Assembly (NCBI RefSeq): GCF_006345805.1
Contig: NC_043016.1
Span: forward strand, 15,562,001 to 15,626,000
DNA length: 64,000 nucleotides
From: Octopus sinensis
Taxonomy: Eukaryota
Reading direction: 5' to 3'
The notes below the pieces were generated by a model. It was not told where the DNA came from. It was given only the letters and a program-made list of their open reading frames with translations, and searched no databases. The position numbers were made by a program, and so were the translations under genes. This document shows positions 12,342-25,204 of the stretch, in pieces. How positions within the stretch are numbered: position 1 is the first letter of the stretch; each line of letters starts with the position of its first letter.

Positions 12342-15300
12342 TTTATGTCTGCTCTCATGGGTTAGACTGCTCATTATAGTCTTACTTTATGTCTGCTCTC
12401 ATGGGTTAGACTGCTCATTATAGTCTTACTTTATGCCTGCTCTCATGGGTTAGACTGCTCATTATAGTCTTACTTTATGCCTGCTCTCATGGGTTAGACT
12501 GCTCATTATAGTCTTACTTTATGCCTGCTCTCATGGGTTAGACTGCTCATTATAGTCTTACTTTATGTCTGCTCTCATGGGTTGGACTGCTCATTATAGT
12601 CTTACTTTATGCCTGCTCTCACGGGTTAGACTGCTCATTATAGTCTTACTTTATGTCTGCTCTCATGGGTTAGACTGCTCATTATAGTCTTACTTTATGC
12701 CTGCTCTCATGGGTTAGACTGCTCATTATAGTCTTACTTTATGCCTGCTCTCATGGGTTAGACTGCTCATTATAGTCTTACTTTATGCCTGCTCTCATGG
12801 GTTAGACTGCTCATTATAGTCTTACTTTATGTCTGCTCTCATGGGTTAGACTGCTCATTATAGTCTTTATGTCTGCTCTCATGGGTTAGACTGCTCATTA
12901 TAGTCTTACTTTATGTCTGCTCGCATGGGTTAGACTGCTCATTATAGTCTTACTTTATGCCTGCTCTCATGGGTTAGACTGCTCATTATAGTCTTACTTT
13001 ATGCCTGCTCTCATGGGTTAGACTGCTCATTATAGTCTTACTTTATGCCTGCTCTCATGGGTTAGACTGCTCATTATAGTCTTACTTTATGCCTGCTCTC
13101 ATGGGTTAGACTGCTCATTATAGTCTTACTTTATGCCTGCTCTCATGGGTTAGACTGCTCATTATAGTCTTACTTTATGCCTGCTCTCATGGGTTAGACT
13201 GTTCATTATAGTCTTACTTTATGTCTGCTCTCATGGGTTAGACTGCTCATTATAGTCTTTATGTCTGCTCTCATGGGTTAGACTGCTCATTATAGTCTTA
13301 CTTTATGTCTGCTCGCATGGGTTAGACTGCTCATTATAGTCTTACTTTATGCCTGCTCTCATGGGTTAGACTGCTCATTATAGTCTTACTTTATGCCTGC
13401 TCTCATGGGTTAGACTGCTCATTATAGTCTTACTTTATGCCTGCTCTCATGGGTTAGACTGCTCATTATAGTCTTACTTTATGCCTGCTCTCATGGGTTA
13501 GACTGCTCATTATAGTCTACTTTATGCCTGCTCTCATGGGTTAGACTGCTCATTATAGTCTTACTTTATGTCTGCTCTCATGGGTTAGACTGCTCATTAT
13601 AGTCTTACTTTATGTCTGCTCTCATGGGTTAGACTGCTCATTATAGTCTTACTTTATGTCTGCTCTCATGGGTTAGACTGCTCATTATAGTCTTACTTTA
13701 TGCCTGCTCATTATAGTCTTACTTTATGCCTGCTCTCACGGGTTAGACTGCTCATTATAGTCTTACTTTATGTCTGCTCTCATGGGTTAGACTGCTCATT
13801 ATAGTCTTACTTTATGCCTGATCTCATGGTTAGACTGCTCATTATAGTCTTACTTTATGCCTGCTCTCATGGGTTAGACTGCTCATTATAGTCTTACTTT
13901 ATGCCTGCTCTCATGGGTTAGACTGCTCATTATAGTCTTACTTTATGCCTGCTCTCATGGGTTAGACTGCTCATTATAGTCTTACTTTATGCCTGCTCTC
14001 ATGGTTAGACTGCTCATTATAGTCTTACTTTATGTCTGCTCTCATGGGTAGACTGCTCATTATAGTCTTACTTTATGTATGCTCTCATGGGTTAGACTGC
14101 TCATTATAGTCTTACTTTATGCCTGCTCTCATGGGTTAGACTGCTCATTATAGTCTTACTTTATGTCTGCTCTCATGGTTAGACTGCTCATTATAGTCTT
14201 ACTTTATGCCTGCTCTCACGGGTTAGACTGCTCATTATAGTCTTACTTTATACCTGCTCTCATGGGTTAGACTGCTCATTATAGTCTTACTTTATGCCTG
14301 CACTCATGGGTTAGACTGCTCATTATAGTCTTACTTTATGTCTGCTCTCATGGTTAGACTGCTCATTATAGTCTTACTTTATGTCTGCTCTCATGGGTTA
14401 GACTGCTCATTATAGTCTTACTTTATGCCTGCTCTCATGGGTTAGACTGCTCATTATAGTCTTACTTTATGCCTGCTCTCATGGGTAGACTGCTCATTAT
14501 AGTCTTTATGTCTGCTCTCATGGGTTAGACTGCTCATTATAGTCTTACTTTATGTCTGCTCGCATGGGTTAGACTGCTCATTATAGTCTTACTTTATGCC
14601 TGCTCTCATGGGTTAGACTGCTCATTATAGTCTTACTTTATGCCTGCTCTCATGGGTTAGACTGCTCATTATAGTCTTACTTTATGCCTGCTCTCATGGG
14701 TTAGACTGCTCATTATAGTCTTACTTTATGCCTGCTCTCATGGGTTAGACTGCTCATTATAGTCTTACTTTATGCCTGCTCTCATGGGTTAGACTGCTCA
14801 TTATAGTCTTACTTTATGTCTGCTCTCATGGGTTAGACTGCTCATTATAGTCTTACTTTATGTCTGCTCTCATGGGTTAGACTGCTCATTATAGTCTTAC
14901 TTTATGTCTGCTCTCATGGGTTAGACTGCTCATTATAGTCTTACTTTATGCCTGCTCATTATAGTCTTACTTTATGCCTGCTCTCACGGGTTAGACTGCT
15001 CATTATAGTCTTACTTTATGTCTGCTCTCATGGGTTAGACTGCTCATTATAGTCTTACTTTATGCCTGATCTCATGGGTTAGACTGCTCATTATAGTCTT
15101 ACTTTATGCCTGCTCTCATGGGTTAGACTGCTCATTATAGTCTTACTTTATGCCTGCTCTCATGGGTTAGACTGCTCATTATAGTCTTACTTTATGCCTG
15201 CTCTCATGGGTTAGACTGCTCATTATAGTCTTACTTTATGCCTGCTCTCATGGGTTAGACTGCTCATTATAGTCTTACTTTATGTCTGCTCTCATGGGTT

Positions 15301-17420
15301 AGACTGCTCATTATAGTCTTACTTTATGTATGCTCTCATGGGTTAGACTGCTCATTATAGTCTTACTTTATGCTGCTCTCATGGGTTAGACTGCTCATTA
15401 TAGTCTTACTTTATGTCTGCTCTCATGGGTTAGACTGCTCATTATAGTCTTACTTTATGCCTGCTCTCACGGGTTAGACTGCTCATTATAGTCTTACTTA
15501 TGCCTGCTCTCATGGGTTAGACTGCTCATTATAGTCTTACTTTATGCCTGCACTCATGGGTTAGACTGCTCATTATAGTCTTACTTTATGTCTGCTCTCA
15601 TGGGTTAGACTGCTCATTATAGTCTTACTTATGTCTGCTCTCATGGGTTAGACTGCTCATTATAGTCTTACTTTATGCCTGCTCTCATGGGTTAGACTGC
15701 TCATTATAGTCTTACTTTATGCTGCTCTCATGGGTTGACTGCTCATTATAGTCTTACTTTATGCCTGCTCTCATGAGTTAGACTGCTCATTATAGTCTTA
15801 CTTTATGTCTGCTCTCATGGGTTAGACTGCTCATTATAGTCTTACTTTATGCCTGCTCTCATGGGTTAGACTGCTCATTATAGTCTTACTTTATGCCTGC
15901 TCTCATGGGTTAGACTGCTCATTATAGTCTTACTTTATGTCTGCTCTCATGGGTTAGACTGCTCATTATAGTCTTTATGTCTGCTCTCATGGGTTAGACT
16001 GCTCATTATAGTCTTACTTTATGTCTGCTCTCATGGGTTAGACTGCTCATTATAGTCTTACTTTATGCCTGCTCTCATGGGTTAGACTGCTCATTATAGT
16101 CTTACTTTATGCCTGCTCTCATGGGTTAGACTGCTCATTATAGTCTTACTTTATGTCTGCTCTCATGGGTTAGACTGCTCATTATAGTCTTACTTTATGC
16201 CTGCTCTCATGGGTTAGACTGCTCATTATAGTCTTACTTTATGTCTGCTCTCATGGGTTAGACTGCTCATTATAGTCTTTATGTCTGCTCTCATGGGTTA
16301 GACTGCTCATTATAGTCTTACTTTATGCCTGCTCTCATGGGTTAGACTGCTCATTATAGTCTTACTTTATGCCTGCACTCATGGGTTAGACTGCTCATTA
16401 TAGTCTTACTTTATGTCTGCTCTCATGGGTTAGACTGCTCATTATAGTCTTACTTTATGTCTGCTCTCATGGGTTAGACTGCTCATTATAGTCTTACTTT
16501 ATGCCTGCTCTCATGGGTTAGACTGCTCATTATAGTCTTACTTTATGCCTGCACTCATGGGTTAGACTGCTCATTATAGTCTTACTTTATGTCTGCTCTC
16601 ATGGGTTAGACTGCTCATTATAGTCTTACTTTATGTCTGCTCTCATGGGTTAGACTGCTCATTATAGTCTTACTTTATGCCTGCTCTCATGGGTTAGACT
16701 GCTCATTATAGTCTTACTTTATGTATGCTCTCATGGGTTAGACTGCTCATTATAGTCTTACTTTATGCCTGCTCTCATGGGTTAGACTGCTCATTATAGT
16801 CTTACTTTATGTCTGCTCTCATGGGTTAGACTGCTCATTATGGTCTTACTTTATGCCTGCTCTCATGGGTTAGACTGCTCATTATAGTCTTACTTTATGC
16901 CTGCTCTCATGGGTTAGACTGCTCATTATAGTCTTACTTTATGCCTGCTCTCATGGGTTAGACTGCTCATTATAGTCTTACTTTATGCCTGCTCTCATGG
17001 GTTAGACTGCTCATTATAGTCTTACTTTATGCCTGCTCTCATGGGTTAGACTGCTCATTATAGTCTTACTTTATGCCTGCTCTCATGGGTTAGACTGCTC
17101 ATTATAGTCTTACTTTATGCCTGCTCTCATGGGTTAGACTGCTCATTATAGTCTTACTTTATGCCTGCTCTCATGGGTTAGACTGCTCATTATAGTCTTA
17201 CTTTATGCCTGCTCTCATGGGTTAGACTGCTCATTATAGTCTTACTTTATGTCTGCTCTCATGGGTTAGACTGCTCATTATAGTCTTACTTTATGCCTGA
17301 TCTCATGGGTTAGACTGCTCATTATAGTCTTACTTTATGCCTGCTCTCATGGGTTAGACTGCTCATTATAGTCTTACTTTATGTCTGCTCTCATGGGTTA
17401 GACTGCTCATTATAGTCTTA
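12342..17420. repeat. 44-bp tandem satellite, about 115 copies, in an SLC7 intron
   Basis: Unit tg(t/c)ctgctctcatgggttagactgctcattatagtcttacttta repeated without spacers over 5.08 kb. Confidence 0.98.
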
Positions 17421-18039
17421 TCCAGTCATCATTCACAGATAAACACCCTTTCACACAAGTTGGGGAGTCAAATCTTGTTTCAGTCTTTTGAGACTTAGTT
17501 TCTATGGCTGGATGTCTTTCCTATCACCAACTTTTGCAGTGCATGCATTTATTGAGGTACCAACAATGGGGATCTTTTATATTCACAAGACAAGACTAAA
17601 GGATTTTTCCAAACCAACACTGTCTGCTTGTTTACCGATCTCTTTGCAGGGTTTCTGGGTACATTTTATCATGGCACCAACACTAGTGAGGTTGCCTTGT
17701 GATCTGTAAGACAAAAGGATTGGCACTGCTGAATGTGGTTTCATTAAAAGATATCTCTTTTCCTTAAAGTTATGAGGGAAAACATTGGATCTTGTGAAAG
17801 TTCCAAAAGTCCTCTCCCCACCCCATGGTTTGTAGGCATAAATTTTTTGTTTTCCTATTCATCTAATACGCATTTTTTTTTACACCCATTACACTTGATT
17901 TTGTTTTTGTTTTGATACATCTCTTATGAATCTGAAAAATTTCAACTTTTCTTCACAAACATCTGATGTTACTCCTCCCCATCTTTTTCCATTCTATATA
18001 TTGGCTATGTTCATTTATGTATGTGTAGACTTCTGAAAC

Positions 18040-18660
18040 AGCAGGCAAAAAAAATATCATGCTTTCACTAGAAAACTCGATATACTTGAACTAACAGCTA
18101 AATGCCAGAAAAATAAGTTTTTCCTCATATCACTTTTATTTTACTACTTGATCATAAGATCTATGAGAGATAAATGACATATTCATCTGCTAAAATCTTC
18201 AAAGTAATTCGATATGTTTGAAATAAGCGAGTTTATTTATTTTATCTAAGCTCGGGTTTATAAATCCTCTTATCACAAATTACAAAATAAAAAAAAGTTG
18301 ATTTCAATTGGTGGAGTTATGATTTTGCCCATGTGTACACTTCACCTGACCTAGCTGACAAAAAACCTATCACATCTCACTAAAAAATTAATACGTTTGA
18401 AATAACAGCTAAATGTCTGCTTTTCCTCATATCATTTTCATTTTACGACTCATAAGATTTATGAAAAATGAACGGCATAACTGCCTGCTAAAATCTTAAG
18501 AGTTATGAAAGATGAACGACGTAATCGCCTTGCCTGCTAAAATCCTAAGATTTATCACAAGATGAATGATGTAATTACCCGCTAAAATCCTAAGATTTAT
18601 GAAAGATGAATGATGCAATTGCCTGCTTAAATCCTAAGATTTATGAAAGATGAATGAGTT
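18040..18660. repeat. Dispersed repeat with about 4 internal tandem 44-bp units
   Basis: 18080-18230 matches 23095-23240. Unit cctgctaaaatcctaagatttatgaaagatgaatgatgtaattg recurs at 18484-18655. Confidence 0.7.
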
Positions 18661-18734
18661 GTTCCATACATTGATTTCAAGGCAAGAAATTCTTCCTCAA
18701 TGTTGAATTTTGCAGTTATTGCACATATAAATAT

Positions 18735-19271
18735 TCTTTTCTACTCTAGGCACAAGGCCCAAAATTTTTAGTAAGGGGGCCAGTCGATTAGATTGACACC
18801 AGTATGCAACTGGTAATTAATTTATCAACCGCAAAAGGATGAAAGGCCAAGTTGACCTCGACGGAATATGAACTCAGACAGACAAAATACCTATTTCTTT
18901 ACTGCCCACAAGGGGCTACACACAGAGGGGAGTAACAAAGACAGACAAACGGATTAAGTCGATTAAATTGACCCCAGTCGATAACTGATACTTATTTAAT
19001 CGACCCCGAAAGGATGAAAGGCAAAGTCGACCTTGGCAGAATTTGAACTCAGAACGTAAAAGCAGACAAAATACCTATTTCTATTTCTTTACTATCCACA
19101 AAGGGCTAAACATAGAGGGGACAAACAAGGACAGAGAAACGGATTAAGTTGATTATATCGACCCCAGTGCATAACTGGTACTTATTTAATCAACCCCGAA
19201 AGGATGAAAGGCCAAGTTGACCTTGGCGGAATTTGAACTCAGAACGTAATGGCAGGCAAAATACCTATTTC
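18735..19271 (-). mobile_element. Head-to-tail multimer of head-truncated tRNA-SINEs
   Basis: Three units, each with cgaaaggatgaaaggc(a/c)aagt(c/t)gacct.ggcggaatttgaactcag-like sequence, joined at aaaatac/ctatttc. Confidence 0.85.
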
Positions 19272-19642
19272 GGATCTTTTCGCTTTGAACTTAGAATATG
19301 TGTTTATTAATAAAAGTTTAATAACGATAATCTTTTATTCATACGAACGTAACTGATATGAAATATGTCATAAATAACAGTGACACATTGATATGACACC
19401 GCAAATAATTGTTGTTGACAAACAGCAGTAATTGTATTCACCTCAATAGACGTCGTTGATTAGTTGAAATTGCCGAAATGCAAGAAATTAAACAACAAAT
19501 AGCTTACAAACTACAGAATTTTCTCAAGAAATCCAAGAGAAAAAGATGTTTTATGTAACACACTAGCAGTATACGAAGTTTAAAGGTGTTTAGTTAAAAA
19601 GAAATTATTTTAAAAATCTGCCAGTCAAAGTGAAAAGATCCC

Positions 19643-19880
19643 CTATTTCTTTACTACCCACAAGGGGCTAAACACAGAAGGGACAAACAAGGACAGACAG
19701 ACAAACGGATTAAGCCGATTATATCGACCCCAGTCGATAACTGGTACTTATTTAATCGATCCCGAAAGGATGAAAGGCAAAGTCGACCTCGGCGGAATTT
19801 GAACTCAGAACGTAACGGCAGACGAAATACCGCTGAACATTTCGCTCGTCGTGCTAACGATTCTGCCAAGCTCGCCGCCT
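19643..19880 (-). mobile_element. Full-length tRNA-derived SINE
   Basis: Minus strand has an A-box-like tggcagaatcgttagc, B box gagttcaaattcc and the conserved ctttcatcctttcggg.tcgat.aaataagtacc domain. Other copies at about 44815-44995, 45005-45170, 45738-45950 and 61790-61975. Confidence 0.85.
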
Positions 19881-20130
19881 TATTGCCTGTATAAATATTG
19901 TCATTTGAGCAGTATTAGACAGATCAGTTGTCTCGTGAATAGCTAAGGAATACAATACAAATTCTGCTGAAACAGATTTTAGAGAATTTTTAATGTCATC
20001 AACGATATCTTTAATACGATCAGAAACAGTTGCTTTTGACAAGCTAATATTGCCAAACAAATTTTTTCTGATCATATAATATAATGATACATTCTTTCAC
20101 GAATTCACCATCGCTATGTGGTTTGATTTT
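19881..20130 (-). mobile_element. hAT (Buster/SPIN, GTF2IRD2-like) transposase fragment
   Basis: KPHSDGEFVKECI and ISLSKATVSDRIKDIVDDIKNSLK...YSLAIHETTDLSNTAQMTIFI. Confidence 0.8.
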
Positions 20131-21983
20131 TCGTCGGTCTCCCTTCTCCACACAAGTATTGACAAGCGAGTGGGTAGGGAAGGGCGATGGGAGACGAAAG
20201 AAATTCCGGTTAACCTTCTTGACACCGACTGATAGCAAAAATGTGACACCCCTTTCGAAAAACACTATTTTTTTGTGTAATATTTTTGGTTGTTTTGTTA
20301 TACCTCGCAAAGTTGTCAACGAACTGTCATCTGGATCTGCTTTGTTCGTTAATTTCCGTAAAAAAATTTTATTCATTTACTTTTGTTTTATAATGAAAGA
20401 GAGGAGAAAGTGAAAGATGTATGAAAGTGTGTGTGTAAAAGAGAGAGAAAGAGAGAGAGTGTGTCACTTATACAGGAAAACACATACGTTCTCTCTCTCT
20501 CACTCTCTCTCCCTCTCTCTCTCTCACGCACATGTACATACAAAAAAGATGTATGCATATGTATACATGACAACCCCCCCTCCCTTCAGTTACTCTCTTC
20601 CTCTCTCTCTCTCTCTCTCACGCCCATTTCATTTTCACGTACATACATCTTTCACTTTCTCCTCTCTTTGACTATAAAACAAAAGTAAAGTAAATAAATT
20701 TTTTAATTTTTACGGAAATTAATGAACATTGATGACAGATCTGTAAGTCAAAGCGAAAGATCGCAATATTGTTTTGTAATGCTATTGACAAAGCACCGAA
20801 TTGGTAGTTTCTGTTTCTCTATTCTGGATATGAATAATTTTTATACTGTATCTTCTAACAACCCTTCAGCTTTCGTTTCATATTTAAAAAAAAATTATTT
20901 CTATACATTGCAATATATTTTTAGTTTTCTCAGCTAGAGTGTAGCTGGGTCTCAAGGGAGGGATACAAACCAAGCAATGTGTGTTTTAGAGTGGAAACAA
21001 AATTTCCAAGCAAAAGGCAATTAGCAGAGGATTTCAGTTCGAGTTTGACCGTTTTAAGTCGTAGTGGAAACCGGACCTATGTCGCAAATAGGTATACGAG
21101 TATTGTATAGATTTTATAATTGAAAAATTTACTTTATTTTGTACATACGAGTATATTAACCTTGCTAAGGCAGAAGTAACAATAGATGAAGATATAGACA
21201 TCTGATTTTGTATTGAGTGCGAAAATGCGGCTATTGTCAAATGACGTTCTTAGATGGATACTGTCTTTACATAATATAAAACGTCGCGTCTTAATCTTTG
21301 GACACCGGTGAGAAACGGATGAGACGGCGAGCAATAATAAAGTTCGAATAAAAAGCCTTATTTGAACCGGTTTGTGACATTTAGTTTTGATACCAAGTGA
21401 CGAATTATTTTCGTTTAGCAAATAATTTGTACTGAAACTTTACCCAGTCACAGTTGTATTGAACTATTTTGATCCACAACAAACCCGTCTTGAGTACGCA
21501 TGCACTCGTCTAACATCCACAGAAAAAAAATAGACATTGTCGCCGTGGAAACGTAGAGAGAAATTTTGTATTGAAATAAGTTATCTTTTGCATACCTTGC
21601 TTTTAGTTTATTGCATTAATCCCAGCAAAGTAATCCAAGTTTAGTCATTGGCCATGTTCGTCCCCGCACGATTCCAGACACACTTTGTTAACGTACAGTT
21701 TAGATTCATAAAATAGTGAAAATAAAGTGTTTTAAGAAAACGAAAGTCTTTGCAATACAAACCGGAAATTACTACGGACACTGCGTAATTTCAGATAAAC
21801 ACTTTGTGGCGTCGCCGTTGTCGGATGTCCATTGTAGGTCAATGTTGACTGTTCTATTCAGAAACCATCTCTGACAAGTTCACATGAAGGCTACAAGGCC
21901 TGCTCTTGATCTGCTGTAGACGAAGTTGTTTTACACAATGGAGAAAAGACGCGTTTCATGTGCTCTTTCGTATTCTCTGTTGT

Positions 21984-22500
21984 TCAATAGCTTGAATTAA
22001 GAGCCTCAGCAGTTATTGAAGTGCCTTCCCTCAGGTGTCTGCAGAGACGCCGGGGTTCTTCATATGTCTCTTTAGCACATCGCAACCTTTGGCCCCCATG
22101 GCCCTTCCTGACCTGACGCAATTTAACGTAGAAAATTGCTTTTGGGAGCCAGCTGCCCTCCATCTTGCAAACATGTCCCTCACAGCACAGCTGCGATGAG
22201 GCAATGATAGCCTCCACACTAACTGTGCCAGTGTGGTGCACAACTTCTATATCAGGAATGTGATCCTACCACCATCAGATATGCAAGATGGAGCACAGAT
22301 GACGTTGGGTTCACGCCAGCAATACAGGATCATGCACTCTGTGATGCAGAGGAGGCAAAACAGCACTGTGGCACTCTACACCTTTATCTTCATATTGTGG
22401 GTAATATCTCGGAAGTTCTGCAGACACTTCTCTGGAGAGCCAAGAACCTTTGCAGCCAAATGTATTCACCTCTCAAAGTCACTGTGCTGCCAAGATAAGT
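21984..22500 (-). mobile_element. RTE/BovB-like LINE C-terminal fragment
   Basis: SVEAIIASSQLCCEGHVCKMEGSWLPKAIFYVKL...GGQRLR matches QLRWxGHVxRMxxxRLPKxxFYGEL..GGQxKR. Confidence 0.8.
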
Positions 22501-23785
22501 AAAGGCTTCCATGTACTGCCACTAGCTCAGCTTCACTCAATCAACAAAGATGTCTTGATGATGATGATGATGATGATGGCAGGTAGAGCAGTTGAGTCTT
22601 TGAAATGTTGCTCTTGAGATGAAAAATGTCTGGAGCACAACAAAACAGATCCACAATGTGTTGCATGTCCTCAAAGCTATTGGACGTCACAAATGCTGAG
22701 TTGTCTATGTTGAGCAAATCCCTGACATATTCTTCCTTGATTTTGGTGTCCTTGAAAAAATGAAAGTGTTCTGCAATAGAAACTGGAAGTAACGACAGTG
22801 ATTACCAATTTTCTATGAATCGCATTTGATGTCCGATATTATGCTTCTTTTGTGAATCTCTGCAACTTCTATACTCATGAAATTGTCAACCATTCACTCA
22901 ATTTTGTAGATCCAAATGATGACAGCATCCATACACATATTATAGAAGGGTGATGGATGCTCGCTGAGTGGCAATGTGGCAATAGTGATGATTTATTTAA
23001 CATATCTTTTTAGGAGCATGTGTGGAGAGACAAATTTAGAGATTGTGAAAAGCTATTCATGCATCTCATTTTCTGCATCACTAGAAATCTCAATATGCTT
23101 GAAATAACAGCTAAATGCCAGGAAAATATGTTTTTCCTCAGATCACTTTCATTTTACGACTCAGTCATAAGATTCATGAGAGATAAATGTCATATTCACC
23201 CACTAAAATCCTCAAAGCAACTCGATACGTTTGAAATAAATGTGATTGTTTTCATCTTATATAAAACACTTATGGCGTTCATGTTATATTAAACATAGGT
23301 ACATTTATGTATTGGATACATTGGTACAGAACCCACATTAGTGGCATAAAAGAGGAAATAATTTGTGGTTTGGTATCAAAGCTGAAATAGATGTTATAAG
23401 TTTAAGATTTAGTGGGGGGAAAAAAAGGAAGAAGAAAGTTTAGAAATCATATGCATGTGCAAAATCATAGCTCAACTCCGGTTGGAATTAACTTTTTACT
23501 CTGCACATGTAAGCGAAAGCAGGGTGAACAGATTTTCACCATATTTGGTAGAAATACTCATTGGGTGAGAGACTCGAAATGAACATTTGGTTTGATTATC
23601 ATTAGAAAAAAAATAGTTTTTCTTTTTAAATCGAACTTACAAATTTCCTGATAAGCAAGTGGTTGTGGTCATTTTTTTTTTCTTCATTTATTTTGTAATT
23701 TGTGATGAACAGATTAAAAAACCTGAGCTTATCATCATCATCAAAAATAAATAAATAAACAAAATCTGTCAACATTTGAGGATTG

Positions 23786-25204
23786 GGATCTGTTCAGTTT
23801 GGCTCACAAATTTTTTTATTTTTTTTAACTAAACAGTTTGAAACTTTGTATACTGGTGGAATGTCTCATGCAGAACACAGTTTACTTTGAACATTTTTAA
23901 CAAAATTTCGTATCCTAGAAGTTATTTCATATTAAAGTTATCATATTTGGGTAATTTTAACCAATTGATGATGTGTATTCAGTTGAAGGAAGCTACTGCT
24001 GTTTGTGATAGTAATCGGAGAGGAACAAATTCCAAGTCATCTCTACTAAGTGTCACCACTCTGTTCTATTTTATTTTTTGTTTACTGCCTGTGTTGCATA
24101 TTATACGCTTTTTTTGTCTTTGGTTTTTGCGTTGAAGTAATCAGTTTACATCAAAGAATCAACACCAAGAAGGAAGAAATAATATTTACATATATTTATT
24201 CATTTGTCCGACATTGATATTTAACCCACAGGGCTGAATGTGGCAGAAAATTTGGGTTTTAACCACACATAAAAGCACACCAATGTTCAAAAGACCTATA
24301 GATCTACTAGTCTGCAGCTAGCTTGTTTATTTTTGATGTGTTTGTGGTTTCAAAATGCCTTATTTTACAACTATGGGTTGTATGGTTATTGTTATGATTT
24401 TTATCTTACTATAATCAGCAACAAAAACATTTCATCAATATAAAAGTTTTTATTAGATTAAAAATAACATTATCAAAGCATGAAGATAAAACAAAACAAA
24501 TATGTTTTTGTTTTCTTCCACACACCAATGTACTGTTGCCATAGTCTTTCATGTTGTTCACCAACCAACCTTTCCTCTGAAAAAATCAGTGGAATCGTTC
24601 GATCTCCATACACGAATTATTTTCCTCCTGACTTGTAAATAAGTACACATATTAGGCACACCTTTCTATAATCCACACACTAAATTTTCCAGGTAAAAAA
24701 TAGCAGCTTATACTCCAGAAATTATGGTAATTGTAGTAACAGTGACAAGTTCACTCTCTGGTTGGTAGTTGATAGCGTAGAGGTGGCTGTCTGCCAGTAA
24801 AGAGGGAAAGAGTAAGGAATACACGATGCTGACTAGAAAGGATAAAGGTGTCATTGTCTTTCTTGCAGCGGAAATCTTCTCTTTTGTGTCAGCTATGACC
24901 AAGGAGCAACACTTTCCCTTCACCTTTTGTCTAACATATGAATAGAAAAGAGTGGTGACATTTAGTAGAGATGACCCGGAAATTGTTCCTCTTCAATTAC
25001 TATTGCAAAGATAGTTGATTGGTTAAAATTACCCAAATATGACAACTTTAATGCAAAATAACTTCTAAAATACGAAATTTTGTCAAATATGTTCATAGAA
25101 AACTATGTTCAGCATGAGAAATTACACCAGTATACAAAGTTTCAAACTGTTTAGTAAAAAAAAAAAATTAATTAAAACATCTGTGAGTGAAACTGAACAG
25201 ATCC
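23786..25204. mobile_element. Long-TIR (about 180 bp) non-autonomous DNA transposon, superfamily unresolved
   Basis: 23786-23965 is an inverted match (roughly 85% by eye) to 25018-25204. The same terminus (...aaagatcccc) recurs at about 19555-19642 and 60460-60648. Confidence 0.8.

Noticed and set aside
13515-15740. Scattered single-base deletions in satellite units (atggttag, gggtagac, agtctac)
   Set aside because: They are clustered, not shared between the duplicated blocks and sit next to short homopolymers; most likely long-read consensus errors.
12342-17420. CRISPR-like array
   Set aside because: Units are contiguous with no unique spacers, there are no cas genes, and the context is a eukaryotic intron.
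19780-19880. tRNA genes
   Set aside because: A/B boxes belong to SINE heads that continue into SINE bodies; no complete cloverleaf.
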